Positions 26,220-39,200 of a stretch of DNA of 64,000 nt are shown piece after piece (the first letter of the stretch is position 1; each line of letters starts with the position of its first letter). The translations under genes and the position numbers were made by a program. The notes beneath the pieces were generated by a model. The model searched no databases, was not told the origin of the DNA, and saw nothing but the letters and a program-made list of their open reading frames with translations. Source of the stretch: Camelus ferus (lineage: Eukaryota); assembly GCF_009834535.1 (NCBI RefSeq), contig NC_045697.1:11658001-11722000 (forward strand), written 5' to 3'.

Positions 26220-26638
26220 AAGAACAAAGACAGATCAGACCTCCTTGAGCTTCTGCTCTAGCTGTAAAGACAACCTTCAGTGTAAGTAACTGGACATTTG
26301 TTGACGAGCACTGAGGGAACATTTGGAGGGGCTTATGGAGGGTCTCCGTGTCAGGGAAAACCTCTAAGGAAGGGATGTTTAAGCTGATATCCATAAGATA
26401 TGTGGTTTACCAGGTGACCAGGGAGAGTAAGTCTTGCTCCAAGAAGAGATGGGCTGATAGTCTTTAAGAGACAGCTCCAGGTAAGAGATAGCTCTCCTTG
26501 GAGAGACTGGTGGATATTAAGTTCAGAGGAAAGGATGGGGAGTGATGAGGCTGGAAAGACCATCAGGGAGCAGGTCTGGGAGAACTGGACAAGGTTAGGA
26601 ATCCTAGACCTCACTCTAATGACAGGATATTAGGCATG

Positions 26639-27091
26639 TGTATTAGTTTCCTACAGCTGCTATAACAAACTATCACAAACTGGGTGGCTTAAAACAACAG
26701 AAATTTATTCCTGCACAGTTCTGGAGGCTAAAAGCCTGAAACCCTGGTGTCCAAGGAGCCATGCTCTCTCTGCATGCTCTAAGGGAAGATCCTTCCCAGC
26801 CTCTTCCTAACTCTCAGTGGTTACCAGCAATCTTTGGGGTCCCTTGTCTTGTAGACACATTACCCCCATCTCTACTTCTGTCACCATCTGGCCTTCCTTT
26901 GTACATCTGTGTCTCTGTGCCCAGATGTCCCTCTTCTTACAAGGACACTGGTCACACTGGATTTAAGGCTCACCCTGATCCAGGATGATTTTATCTTAGT
27001 TTGATTACACCCCTATCTCCAAATAAGGTCATAGTCACAGATTCCACATGGACGTGAATTTTGGGAGGACACCGTTCATCCTAGTGTAACA
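26639..27091 (-). mobile_element. MaLR LTR (MLT1C/D-like)
   Basis: tgtattagtttcctacagctgctataacaaactatcacaaactgggtggcttaaaacaacagaaatttatt...ctatctccaaataaggtcat...aca. Confidence 0.85.
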
Positions 27092-28481
27092 GGAAAATGA
27101 TATAATCTGATTTATATTTTAGGAGAACTTCTGAAGATGATAAGGGTAAAGAGAGAGGGAGGAAGACCAGGAGGGTAGAGATGAACTTCATAGACGTCTT
27201 TACTGTTTTTGAAACATAAGGTTTATGGTGAGGTCCTACAGGTGTCAGACATTGAGCAAAGAGCTGCTTCCATGTCATCTCGTTCAGTGTTCACCCAGCC
27301 CTGTGAAGAAAGTCAGAGAGCTGACTTCACCTGTCCACGATCACACAGCAACATTTCAAACCTGGATCAGGCTGGCTCTGGAATCCATAAGCTTTCCATC
27401 ACCCCAGGCTCAAATCTGAGGACTTGATGAAGGCAATGGAAATCCTTTCACGTGGGTTTCGAGGAGTTGGAAACGTCAGCGCACTAACAGGTTCCATTTG
27501 CGAGCACACTTCCTATTCCTTATGCACAGCCAGGGCAAAAGGTGAACAGCTAACATGTCCTAAAGGGCAGTCATGTTGTAACGTGAGGGAATCTGATGGT
27601 TCCAATCACACCGCACCATGTCCATTGATTCAACACTAGGGCAGAAATGCTCTTGTTTTTTTTAAAAAAAAAAAAAAGGAGACAAGTAAAATCTGTGCTT
27701 CACAAACACTAGCCCATATTAAAATAAGCCTGATTTTTTTTCGTAAGAGGAAGAAACTTGAAGCCATTATCTGAAAACTCAGACAACAGAAATGAATTCA
27801 GAGGAAAAAGAGATTAATTGGTGGGAATTGTTCAGACCAATAGCTCATATTGATCAGAAGCACAGACGGCCAGATCTTCTCCTTGGCTGTTTTGCCTCCA
27901 TAGCCCACAATTTTAAAGATGGACTGAAATTTTAAGAAAAGACTATGAAGACCATGATTACTCTCCCTTGAGTTCAGTACTTCTCAAGGGGCCGGGGGAG
28001 CGGGGCAGGGGTGGAATGATTATTTTTCTGGGCGTAAGTTACAGCTTTCGTCACCCATCACAATTTTGTCATCTCAAAATCTGATCAGAGCACCCAGCTC
28101 TCAGTTTTCTATTTTTGTTTGTCTTTTCTCTGCAATATTAAAAGAGAAAGAAAGGGAGGGAAGGAAGGAGGGAGAGGGAAAAGGAAGAAAGAAAGGAAAA
28201 AACTGTGAGAAAGTAAACATGAACTCCAAAAGGGAGCAGAAAACAATGATCCAATCAATTACCCTGATGTTCATTACTGGTTAGAAAATAAAAATAATAA
28301 AAATTAAAATGTTAAATCAAGCTTCTCTTTTAAAAATTGTTTCCTAAAAATAAAGCATAGATGTGTTTAAAAGCAATTAATACGCAATTTTTATCTAGGA
28401 AGTGAGTGATTTTTGTGCAAAGAGGGAAAAAAGGCTCCAGGCTTTGCCTCATCTCCTAGAAGCATCCCATATTCTTAGATG

Positions 28482-28499
28482 TGACGTTGCCTTGGTAAC
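28482..28499. promoter_or_regulatory. Overlapping CRE-like site (TGACGT) and RFX X-box (GTTGCCTTGGTAAC)
   Basis: 28486-28499 fits GTNRCC-N2-RGYAAC; TGACGT at 28482-28487. Confidence 0.5.
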
Positions 28500-31016
28500 C
28501 ACAACTTGGTGACCTCGTTATTTCAACCTAATCCTGCTTTGAAATTATAGTTGCTCCACCCTTTTGCCTGGCTAGCCTGATAACATAATCATTGTAAATG
28601 AGGATGGGAAAAAAACAGCAGGATACAGTCCCTCCGGTGACACAGGACCCAGCTCACCTTATCATGGAAATAGACGAACAATTAAATGGCATGAATCGAA
28701 AACCCTAAAAGTGGATTTTCTTATTTTTGTATGGTTCGTTATGCTTATTTTCAAAGCCTACCAGTTGATTCGATGTAGCAGGGTATCCTGATAGCACTCT
28801 ATGAAAATGGAAATTTCCTATTTGTGTTAAAAGGAAAAATAAAAGAGAGCCAAATGGTCAAAGGTGAAGTTCTTAATTATGTGTTTGTTTTGCCCAACAG
28901 CCGAATGGAATAGGGAATCGGAATATAATTTTTTAACGACTAAGATGACAGCATCCGGGTCGGGTGGCCCAGATTCACTTCCTCTGGCTAAAGCCCCACA
29001 AGTCAGTTATCTTGCATTCGGATTCCTTCCACAGCAAAGGGTCCAAGGAGATGGGATTGCTTAAATTCTGACTGAAGCAAGTGTAAATAGAGTTTAAAGG
29101 AAATGTAATGAACTCATTTGTTTCAGTTTAGGTGCTTTGAGATCTCTGTTCTGCTGGGAAAGGGAGGGAAATTCCATTCTCTTCTCCACTCATTTCCTCA
29201 CTTTGTGTTCTAAAATGGTAGGGTACCCGAGTGCGGGGTTCAGAGCTCAGTAAAATCTTCTTACTGCACTCAAGTCATACCTTGAGGAGTCTGGGTAGCT
29301 GTGTGACACTGTCTCTTAGGCCACTGAGCTCCCCCAAATTTCCCCTCCAGGAGACCCTCCCTAAATCTGACTGTCACAGCCCAGCTGCCTTTTTTCTTTC
29401 CAAGAGATCCCCAATTGTGACACTTGGGGATGGGAGTGGAAGGGAGTTATATGATTCAGACATGCTCCTCCCAATTCTCTTGGTGACATTGGTTCCAATT
29501 CCTCTGCCTCTCCACTGTGTTTTCATCAAAAAATAACCTTTTGATACTGGTGGATGTGCTGTTGGCCTCACCACTGGATGTCGACAAAGGCTCCCAGGTG
29601 AGAAGCAAGTTCCTGGTCAGGGCCATTATCCAGAGAGAAGCCTGGACCACATCTGGATATGTCCCTGGACATAATGCCATTTGTGCTTGCACCCCTCCTC
29701 CTTGCAAGAAGACAGCTACCACCACCTATTTCTTATAACTATCAGCACTATTATGATGTTGTTTTAACAATGTAGGGAAAGTCATGGCTCCTTGAAGAAA
29801 ACATCCTGCTGATGCACTTAATTACCCTGTTATTCTGTCCCCCCTGGACCAACTGTAGAACCAGGACCAAGGGATGGACTCTACAGCTAGACACATCAAA
29901 ACTCACTATGAGAAGAAATTTCTAAACAGCACAATCTTTCCAAAGACATAATAGACAGTTTCAACAATAAAGGAAATATACAAAATACAAAGTCTAAGAG
30001 CACATACCCTAGATAGCCCAGAACAGATCCGAGTATAAATATTACCTCTTACCACCCTCTAAGTTTTCATCAGGTAGTGTACTTTTGACTTGGGAGATTC
30101 TTAAATGATATACATAGAGACAAAGATGCAAATTCATTGGCAAACCAAGTATCTATGTAGGGATGAGCAAGAGAATAATATAATGATGAGAATCATGATA
30201 GGATGGGGGTAAGGGACTGATAAGAGACGAATTTTAGGTCTAGGCTAAGAATCGAGAGAACTCAGGTAGTTATTGTGAGCATCAAATGATAACTCATGCA
30301 AAAATAGATCGACAAGGCTAGATCACGAGATAACTGCAAGGAATGACGATGACAGGCAGCTGGGAGTGCTGCAGGTTCCTGAACAAGTGAAGCGATGCAA
30401 ACTTTGTCTGATGAAACCATTCTACTGAACCTCTTCGAGGCAGAAAGAAACAAAGATGAAAAGGATGACAAAGGCGGCTGGAGGTAGAGAAGGGAATCTG
30501 GGAAGGGAAGGTACAACATTGGCAGAGCTTGGACAACGAGGTGTCATGATTCATTTCTCATGGCTCTTCCTTCGACTCTTTGCACCCAACAGACTTGTAA
30601 ATAACCGAACTGCCATCCTTTTCCCACATCTCCTTCCCCTGCCTGGAATCACCTCCCATCTCCTCCATCATTCATCACCTTCCTTACTTTTCAGCTTGAT
30701 CACCTCCCCTTTACGTCTTGGGTCTCTTCTCAGTTGTCCCTTCCTGCAGATACCATTTCTGGACTCTCCCCACCCCTCACACTAAATCTTTTCCTTTTTG
30801 TTCTCCAAACACCCTGTTCTTTCTCTACCTCTACCTTATTATCGCCTCCAGCCCCATCTTCCCAACCACCATCATCACACCATAAACTTAAAAACTCTGT
30901 GAAGGCAACTGCCATGGCATTTACACCATGCCTGGCACAGAGCATAGACACTCAATGAATTCATTCATTCATTTATTCACTCAACAAATATTTACTGAAT
31001 ATATGTTCTGTGCCAG

Positions 31017-31371
31017 GCACTGGAATAGAACAGTGAATGGGATGGATAAATTCTCCACCTTCATTCTTCAGAGAAGGAAAGATTTTTTTTTAATTAAGGA
31101 AACAAAAACAAACAAGATGGTTAAAGATGTTTATAAACTGAATTTTTAAAAAATAGTATGATGACATGGAAGAGGAAAATCTTCTGTTCGACCGCACTGG
31201 AATAGAACAGTGAATGGGATGGATAAATTCTCCACCTTCATTCTTTGGAGAAGGAAAGATTTTTTTTTTAATTAAGGAAACAAAAACAAACAAGATGGTT
31301 AAAGATGTTTATAAACTGAATTTTTAAAAAATAGTATGATGACATGGAAGAGGAATATCTTCTGTTCGACC
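31017..31371. repeat. Head-to-tail tandem duplication, 177 + 178 bp
   Basis: 31017-31193 and 31194-31371 are identical except 3 substitutions and one extra T in a T-run. Confidence 0.95.
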
Positions 31372-31654
31372 CGTCTCTTTGGATCCTTGCAGAATCTGTC
31401 ACCAGCAGCCTGAAACCATCTCTCTCTTCCATGGGGCATTCACCAAGGGCTTGCTGGGCAGCAGGTGGTGAGGTTCTTGGGGAGATTTCAGGCCAGTGAG
31501 AGGAACTGACAGGTAAACCAGGGATTCCAATCATGGTTGTAAGGGCTATGACAAAGGCATGAATGTGAAGGCAATAAAAGGGGATGTTCGTTGAATATTG
31601 CTCGAGAAGAGCTCCTGGTGAAGGTGACATTGCGGCTGGAGATTCAGAGCACCA

Positions 31655-31885
31655 AGGCTGTAAGACCAGACTTCCTGGGTTTGAGTACCGCCCCAGCACT
31701 TACTAGCTGTGTGAATGGATGAGTTACTTAATCTCTCTGTGCCTCAGTTTCCTCATCTGTGAAATGAGACTGATGATAATACTCACCTTATAAGGTAGCT
31801 GTAAGGGTTAAATCGGTTAATACATACAAACCATTTAGAACAGGGTGAGCACACAGTGAGTGCTCCATGTACTGATCACTATTAA
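31655..31885 (+). mobile_element. MIR SINE
   Basis: cacttactagctgtgtga...gttacttaatctctctgtgcctcagtttcctcatctgtgaaatg. Confidence 0.85.
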
Positions 31886-32484
31886 CGTTTTTCAAGATGC
31901 AAAAGAGTTCACTCGGTGAAGACAGGAAAGTGGAGAGAGCATTCCAAGAAGAACAATATCTGTGGAGTGAAGGAGAAATGGCAATGACCCTAAGATGCCA
32001 AGTCAGTCGGTCAGCAGACTCCACCTTTGTCATGAGTGACCATGGGAGGAATTCACTGTGACTATCCCTGCCCTGTGGGTTAAGGACAGACCCAAGAGAA
32101 ACAGGTGATGTGGTCTCTGTCCTCTAAGACATCATATTCAACAAGACTAAATGCAGAAGAAGGAATTGAAGAAGAATCTGAGACAGCATACAACCAGCAC
32201 TGAACTAGTAGCCAGACTCCAATGATAACAAGAAAAATAGGGTCATAATATCTACGTGTTTGTCATTTGCCAGTCACTGGGCTGAACACGTTAACATGCT
32301 TTTCCTACTTGAATTCAGCTTACGAACATCCGTGTTGTGACTTTCTCCAATGATAAAGCCTCCAGGAGATTTCAGAGCAGGAAGAAATGGACTTTACTGT
32401 CTCATGAAGACACTAAAGCTTGTGCCAGGCTTGAAAGGAAGGAATGAATTTGAATAGAGGGACGGGTGAAGGCAGGACTGGAGC

Positions 32485-32912
32485 AGGGCAGTCTGATGGA
32501 AATATAATGTGAGCCCCCAGTCTGAGCCACATGCATAATTTAAAATTTTCTAACAGCCACATTTTTTAAAAAATAAAAAGAAACAGGTGAAATTTGCTTT
32601 CAATCTTGTAATAGCCTATAATGAAGAATATATATATGTATAACTGAATATATGTATAACTATGCTGTATGCCAGAAACTAACACAGCATTGTAAATCAA
32701 CTATATTTCAATTTTTTAATGTATTTATTTAACTCATGACTATCATTTCAACATGTGATCAGTATAAAACATTATTTGTGAGATATTTTAAATTCTTTTT
32801 TCTGTATTAGGGATTTGAAAACCAGTATGTATTTTCACTTCTAAGCCTTCTCAGCTGCAAGTAGTCCTTCTTCAAGTGCTCAGCAGACACAGGTAGCTGA
32901 TAGCTCCCATCG
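32485..32912. mobile_element. MER33-like hAT MITE interrupted by a short L1 3' fragment
   Basis: gaaatataatgtgagcc...aatttaaaattttctaacagccacatt...aaaagaaacaggtgaaatt...caagtgctcagcagacacagg. Confidence 0.65.
32601..32712 (+). mobile_element. Short L1 3' UTR fragment nested in the MITE
   Basis: atcttgtaatagcctataatgaagaatat...tgctgtatgccagaaactaacacagcattgtaaatcaactatatttcaat. Confidence 0.75.
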
Positions 32913-35900
32913 TGAAGGAAAAACATTGGCATTGTTCAGAGCCTCACAAGACCTCAGTCACTTTTGATACACTCTTTAATCTCCCCAACCATCCTCTTAG
33001 GAACGTATTATTATTATTATCTCCATTTTACGCATGAGGGCACTGAGACTCTGAGAGATTGAGTCAACAGCTAAAAAAGTGGGTTGACCTAGAACTCAAA
33101 CCCAGACCTGACCAACTGCAAGCTCGGGCATACTCCTCAGGCAAGGGCTGGCTTAGGAAACGCCCCTGGGGGCTGCAGAGACCAAAACAAGACGATGCTT
33201 GAATGAGGGGAAGCCACACAGATCCTGGGGTGTCCTCAACAGCTTTTCAGCCCAGGCCTCACAGCCCACAGTGCTGGCTTTTGTAGCCTCCCGGATTTGG
33301 AGGAGGAAAAGAAAGCAAAACAAACAAACAAACAAACAAAACCCCAACAAACCTTTCCCTTTCCCGATAAATAGAAATTGAAGATTTTGCGCAGCTCCCT
33401 AACAGCAAAACCACCAAAGGGTGTGGCAGGAGGCGAGGAAGGACACCTGTAGTACATAAATATTTAACTTTTGTCACAGGGAAGTGCCAGATGAGCAAAC
33501 ACTTGGCTGCTTCTCAGCCAGCAGAGCAGGGTTGCCACACACCCCTGGGGGGGTGGCTTGATTTTCTTGTCAATTACTGTTTCTCTAACTATTAAGAGAG
33601 GAAAGGGGGGAGTCTAAACAGAATTAACAGTAATTTATAATCTGAAAAGGGACAGCAGGGGTTTGAAGTCTATCTCCATTAGGATACTTTCCTTGCACTC
33701 CACGGGAACCGCAAGCCACGGGATCCTGGAGGAAAAGGATGTTTATACAGCAGTTCTGGCCAGAGAGATGCTTTTCCTTATGCCCAGAGGGCAAGGTTCA
33801 GCCAACTTTCCGCAGAAAGGTCTGGCCCGTGCTGAACAAGCTGCTGGGACCCTCTCCCCAGTGTGAGCAGACACTGAGCTTTTCAGATTTTTATTTTATT
33901 TTATTTACTTCTTGTTCAGCGATCCCTCCCTGACTTCTTCAGGGACCTCCAAGACTGCCCCTCCTCCACCTAAACCAGTAGTCAAGCCCACCAGGAAAAT
34001 TGCCACCAGAGACACGCATCAGCTCTTCTGTGGGAATTTTCCCCCACGTCTGCCTTCAGTAACTCCTGATTCTCTGAGACAAAGGTTTACTCCACCATCC
34101 AAGGCATGTTTTATGCCACACCGGTTCACTTTGCAAGACCTACTTTTAAAGACAAGATTTTCAAGGCCACAATATGCAACTTCTTTGGCTGGAGGCAAAA
34201 GAAAAGTCAATTGAGCCCCAGGATTATTGTTTCTTTTCTTTTTCCTTTCTTTTGGGGTGGGCCTTGGAATGGCCTGGCCTGGCTCAGAACACTGTCTCTG
34301 GCATATGCTTATGGTCCACTCAACATTAATGATGTGATCATGCCTTCGGATAAATCTTGGAGCTAAAGGAAGAGACAAAAAGAAAATTCCGTAAACCACC
34401 CGAATCCATTAGCTGAAATGCCATACATTTTAGTCCTTCACAAACCAGTCTCGGATCACTAGCGACCCCAAGTGGCCAACTTAAAATGATGGTAATTTTT
34501 TTTTCTGCAGAAAAGAAACAAAAAAGAAATTCTACTCTCACATCCTCGTAGAATTTAAAAACTGGGAAGTTGGAAGGACCGTTAAATGTCGCCTGGCCCA
34601 ACCACCTCATTTTACAGGAATAAGAGGTCCATAGAGGTAAAGAGGGGTTCCAAAAGTCACACAGTATGTCAGGGGCAAGTTAGGAAGCAGTACAAGGAAA
34701 GGTTGCAAGAGATCCTATGGGATCGGATTTTAGTTCTTTAATGGGAGGGGTAAAGGAACAGTTTTTGCCCCAGACCACAAAAGAAATATTGCTATTACAA
34801 AAGAATCACTGTGGCGAGGCTGCATGTTCTAAGAGAGTCAAAGTTCCGTTAGGTACACACCCAATGCACACTTTCTTTTTTCCTCTTCCATGCCTAAACT
34901 GACCAGAGTACATTAAACTAATCATCCCAAGTGTGGGGTCAGCCTGGGAGAGAAGGAGGAAGTCAGAATTTGTCAAATGTGGATTAGAGGCTTATTCCCA
35001 AAACCTGAGCTTTGAGTAAAGAGAAATTTGGCATATGGTTCCATCCCCCAACAGCACTGTTGAGTGGACACTCCCATTCTTATCTTAGAAATGAGAAAGT
35101 GGGGGCTCAGGGAAACTAACTAACCTGGCCAATATCAGTCAGCTACTAAATTGCAAAGCCAACTCCCTGCATGATTTTACTGTGAATACCTTAATGTATA
35201 CATCGATTAGATGGGGTAATAAAGCCTGTTCATAGAACCAGAAAATGTTGATGTTAGAAAAGGGAGGAGCCCCTTCCAAACAAAATGGAACCCTAGTATA
35301 TAAAGCAGACAAAAATGATTAGTATCTATTTATGACAAAGTCAATCAAAGACAACATGGGTGCTGTTATAACAAACACTAGGATATCCCATCCTCCTTAA
35401 AATAAAAACTAGAACCTTTAAGGTTTTGCTCGAAGTCAAGTCTCCCTTCTTCCCCCTGTGTCACCCTGTCCCTTGGTCTCACTTGGTCTCCTCCTGCCAT
35501 CAGGGGGCCAGACTCCTGGCATGATACCTCCTCCTCTTGGCAGCTCTGTCCCAAGCAGGGACAGAATTCTCTTTACTGTTGGCTCTGAGCACCATGGAGA
35601 CAGTCTGGAATTTTCCCAATGCTCTTCCTAAAATTACTGCGGGAGAATAGAAGGTGAATAAACACAGAGAGCGGGAGAAACCTAAAATCAGTCTGACTTA
35701 CAGAGCATGAAATTCTGATCCAAATTCTGCCAGGGGTGGTTCCCTCCAGAGCTAGCATGTACTGCTCTGTTCCAGGAAGGGCCTAAGATAGAAACCCTCC
35801 ATGTAAATTGTTACAGCCCTTCTGAAGAGCAGTGTGGCAACACCTTCAAGGTCTGGGAAAGAGTCCTGCCCTTTGGCCCAGTAGCTCCACCTCTAGCAAT

Positions 35901-36112
35901 CCACCTGAATGAAATAATCAAACAGTGCAGGCAGTAATTTCTACACAAAGATTACCATCACTAATTTACTGATAACTACCAAAAAAAAAATACTGGAAGC
36001 AAATTATACAACAATAGGGCTCATGATGGCACCAGAAGATGGAAGATTATGTAACTATCAAAAATGATGTTTTCAAAGTATGTTTAATGATACTAAATAG
36101 GGGGGAAAAGCA

Positions 36113-36269
36113 TTTTTTAATTTTTATTTTCAAAGACTTTGGCAGGGGCAGTAACTAGGCTCATTTATTTATCTATCTTTTATTATTTTTTAATGGAGGT
36201 ATTGGCGATTGAACCCAGGATCTCATGCATGTTAAGCATGCACTCTACCACTGAGCTGTGCCCTCCCCC
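36113..36269 (-). mobile_element. tRNA-derived camelid SINE (vic-1-like) inserted in an old L1M fragment
   Basis: Antisense gattgaacccaggatctcatgcatgttaagcatgcactctaccactgagctgtgccctcccc; aaagcatttt repeated on both flanks. Confidence 0.85.
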
Positions 36270-39200
36270 TGAAGAAAGCATTTTAAATGGCATTAAGTGA
36301 AAAGAGCAGGGTGCCAAACCAGTACCCACTACGTGATCAAATAATTTAAACCAAGATAAGAGAAGTGTGAGTGTAGAGAAAAAAATGAGGTGATGAAACC
36401 TGCCAAAATGCTCACAGTAGTTATGAACAAGTGATAAGATTAATGTTGATTTCTTTCTTATTTGTTTTTCTTGAGTTGTACAACGAGGTTGCATTAATTT
36501 ATAATCTAAAAATAAAATAGATTTTTTAAAAAATAGATTGACCCTCTAGCCCTAAAAGCTGATGCATTTTCTCAGGCCACATCCTGTTTCCTTCTGCTCC
36601 ACCGTCATCTGGCTCCTCCACTTTAGTGCCTTGATACCCGCCTCACTCCTGCTCTCCTTTCTGCTTGTCCATCTGAGAGATCACATTTATAACCCAGCCA
36701 GTGATGTGATCCTTCAAGGGATCACACTTGTCAAGATGCCCCTTCTCAGGTGCCCCTTCTCAATTCCTTACCATTCAACAGAGCAACCCAGTGGAACCTA
36801 CATGACTGAGCATCTTAAGTGCTCTTTCCTTACCTCCTGGTTGAAAGGCAGGGTCTTTGTAAATTTGCAATTTATTCGACTAATATTTATTGAGTGTACA
36901 GGCCCTGTTCTAACAGGACACAAGACCAGGTCCCTACCCTCAGGGAGCTGAAACTCTGGCAGGAAAAGACAGATAATAAATAATCCTGCAATGAGAAGAC
37001 TATCCGTTGTGATCATGCCATGCTTGGAGGGACTAGGCAGCCATCTGAGATGGTTACTCTTCACCTGTGACGGCAAAAACACAAGGGAATATCCAGATGC
37101 ACTCTGATGCCAAGATGTTTGGGAAAGCCCAACCTCTCCAGGGTTCGTGCACTGGTGGTGAATGTTCTCTCAAGAAGAGAACTGCGGGAAACTGGGAAAC
37201 GCAGATGTGCGCACCCTGGGCGGCACCAGCTGACTCCCATTCCTGATATATAATGACCCCCTCCTTCCCACCCTCCCACCCAACAAGTGATGTGGGTTAG
37301 AAGAGAGACACTAGAAGAGGATTGGAAAGGGAGTTTGGAGACTTCGATATCCCTGCTGAAAAGCAGACTACTGTAAGTAGGCTGTAGGTAGCCTGTTGTT
37401 TCCCTTTTGTGTGTTACTGTTTTTTACCAAAAGAATGATAAAAGCCAACACACTCACACACTCACACACTCGCTCACATCCATCCTCTCTTCCTGATCAC
37501 CTGTGGTGTCACCTGAGTATCCGTTCAGAAAAATTTCCCACTTTTCTGTAACTGCCGTAACACTCCTTTCTGAACATAAATAGGGATTTCAACAGGGCTG
37601 AAAGCAGTCACGAAATCACCAAAAGACCCTTCAAGCACCAAACAACAGACAGAAAATAGTTTGAAGCTGACTGTAACCGATTAAGGCAAAGGGTCCTGTT
37701 CTGAGGACTGGCTCTTTGAACAGGACATTGGATGACCTAGGGTGGGTGCTGGGGGAAGGGAGGGAGCAGACATAAATCAAGGAAACAGCACACACCCCAT
37801 CGCTCTCAGGCCCATGGAAAATTTTAGAGAAAACTCAAGAAAATGAAAATGGAACTAGCTCCAAATACATCCCAGATGTCCACATCCAGCTCCCAAGAAC
37901 CAGGAAGGTGAAGTGGAATAAAGCTTTTTCCAGCTTTCCTACAAATATTTAAGATGAAAACGAGCCCCTTGGAATATGTTGCCCACTAATCTAGCTTCCA
38001 GAATTTCCTTTCTCTAGTTGTTTAAGCCAAATAGCAAATGGACACCTAAGCAGATGCTACCTTGCTCTTTGAATGTTCAGTGAATGCTTTGTCTCCCCAA
38101 GTGTATTAATGAGCTTCAAAGGCAGAAGCCATAGCTGGTGCCTGCACTGAGCCCATGGCTGCTAGGAGGTGTCCAAAACGTGTTCATGGGTGGACGGAAG
38201 CACAAACCTCAAAGATGTGAGGGTCTATCGATACATGCTACCTGCTAATAAAATTCACATAAGCATCCAGACTGTATAGAAAAAGGGGGTTACGGAGCTA
38301 CTGGTAACCATAATAACAGCAACTAAAACCTCTTTACAATTCACAAAGCACTTTCATCTCTTTATCTCTTACCTCCCATAACAAACATGTGAAATAAGTA
38401 TTGGGGTTAATTCTCCAACCCCAGCACCTTTCTGAGAATATTACCAGATGGAATAATTACTCAGTTCATAAAAAAGTATGCTCACTCTAACCCCAGGAAT
38501 CCCAGACTGAGCTGTGTTAGCAGAAAGAAACAGCAGTGAGCTTTCCTTGCATGTCTTCAAAAAGACATACGAGTCTGGACAGCGGCAGCTGTAAACGGCA
38601 AAGTGAATGCATCTGGGAAGAAAAACTGTAGACTTTATTTTTCATATTCCTACCATTATTAATTCATTTTTTGTTTATGGGGTTTTTTTGGTTTTATTTT
38701 GTGCTTTTAATATAAATTTTTTAATAACTTAACCCACATCCGACAAATATCTGACACTAAAAAAAATAAAAAATCCTAAAATGAGCTAGGGAAAGAAAAG
38801 CTAAAAAATGGTTTATGCATCAACCTGTTCCAGCTTGGCTTATTTCATTTTGACAACAAAGCCACAGTTTGAACCAAAAAACTCATTAATAAACCTGTTC
38901 TTACTATGTTTCTAGACCCATTTTTCAATTTTAAAGGCTCTGAAAAATTAGTTCAGGATTGTACAATTCTCCAAAATTTCAGACTTTTCATGTGATAATG
39001 TCTATAATTTATTTTAAAGCACATGAGTGCAGGAAGTGTAGTGGGGGGGTGCGCGTGTGTGCACACGTGCATGTGTCTAAATTAGTTTCAATCTACCCCA
39101 TAAGGGTTCTACTTATCAGAAACATTCAACCTAGGAGTATTACTCAATATTTGAAAGATCACAGTTAGAAGTCCCAACTCCAGAAGCTCCATGACAATCA

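Noticed and set aside
29231..29738. Cluster of overlapping ORFs as a processed pseudogene
   Set aside because: No protein family recognised, and no poly(A) tail or TSD.
31017..31371. CRISPR-like array or LTR pair
   Set aside because: Two adjacent long copies with no spacer or internal region, no TG...CA ends, and a eukaryotic context.
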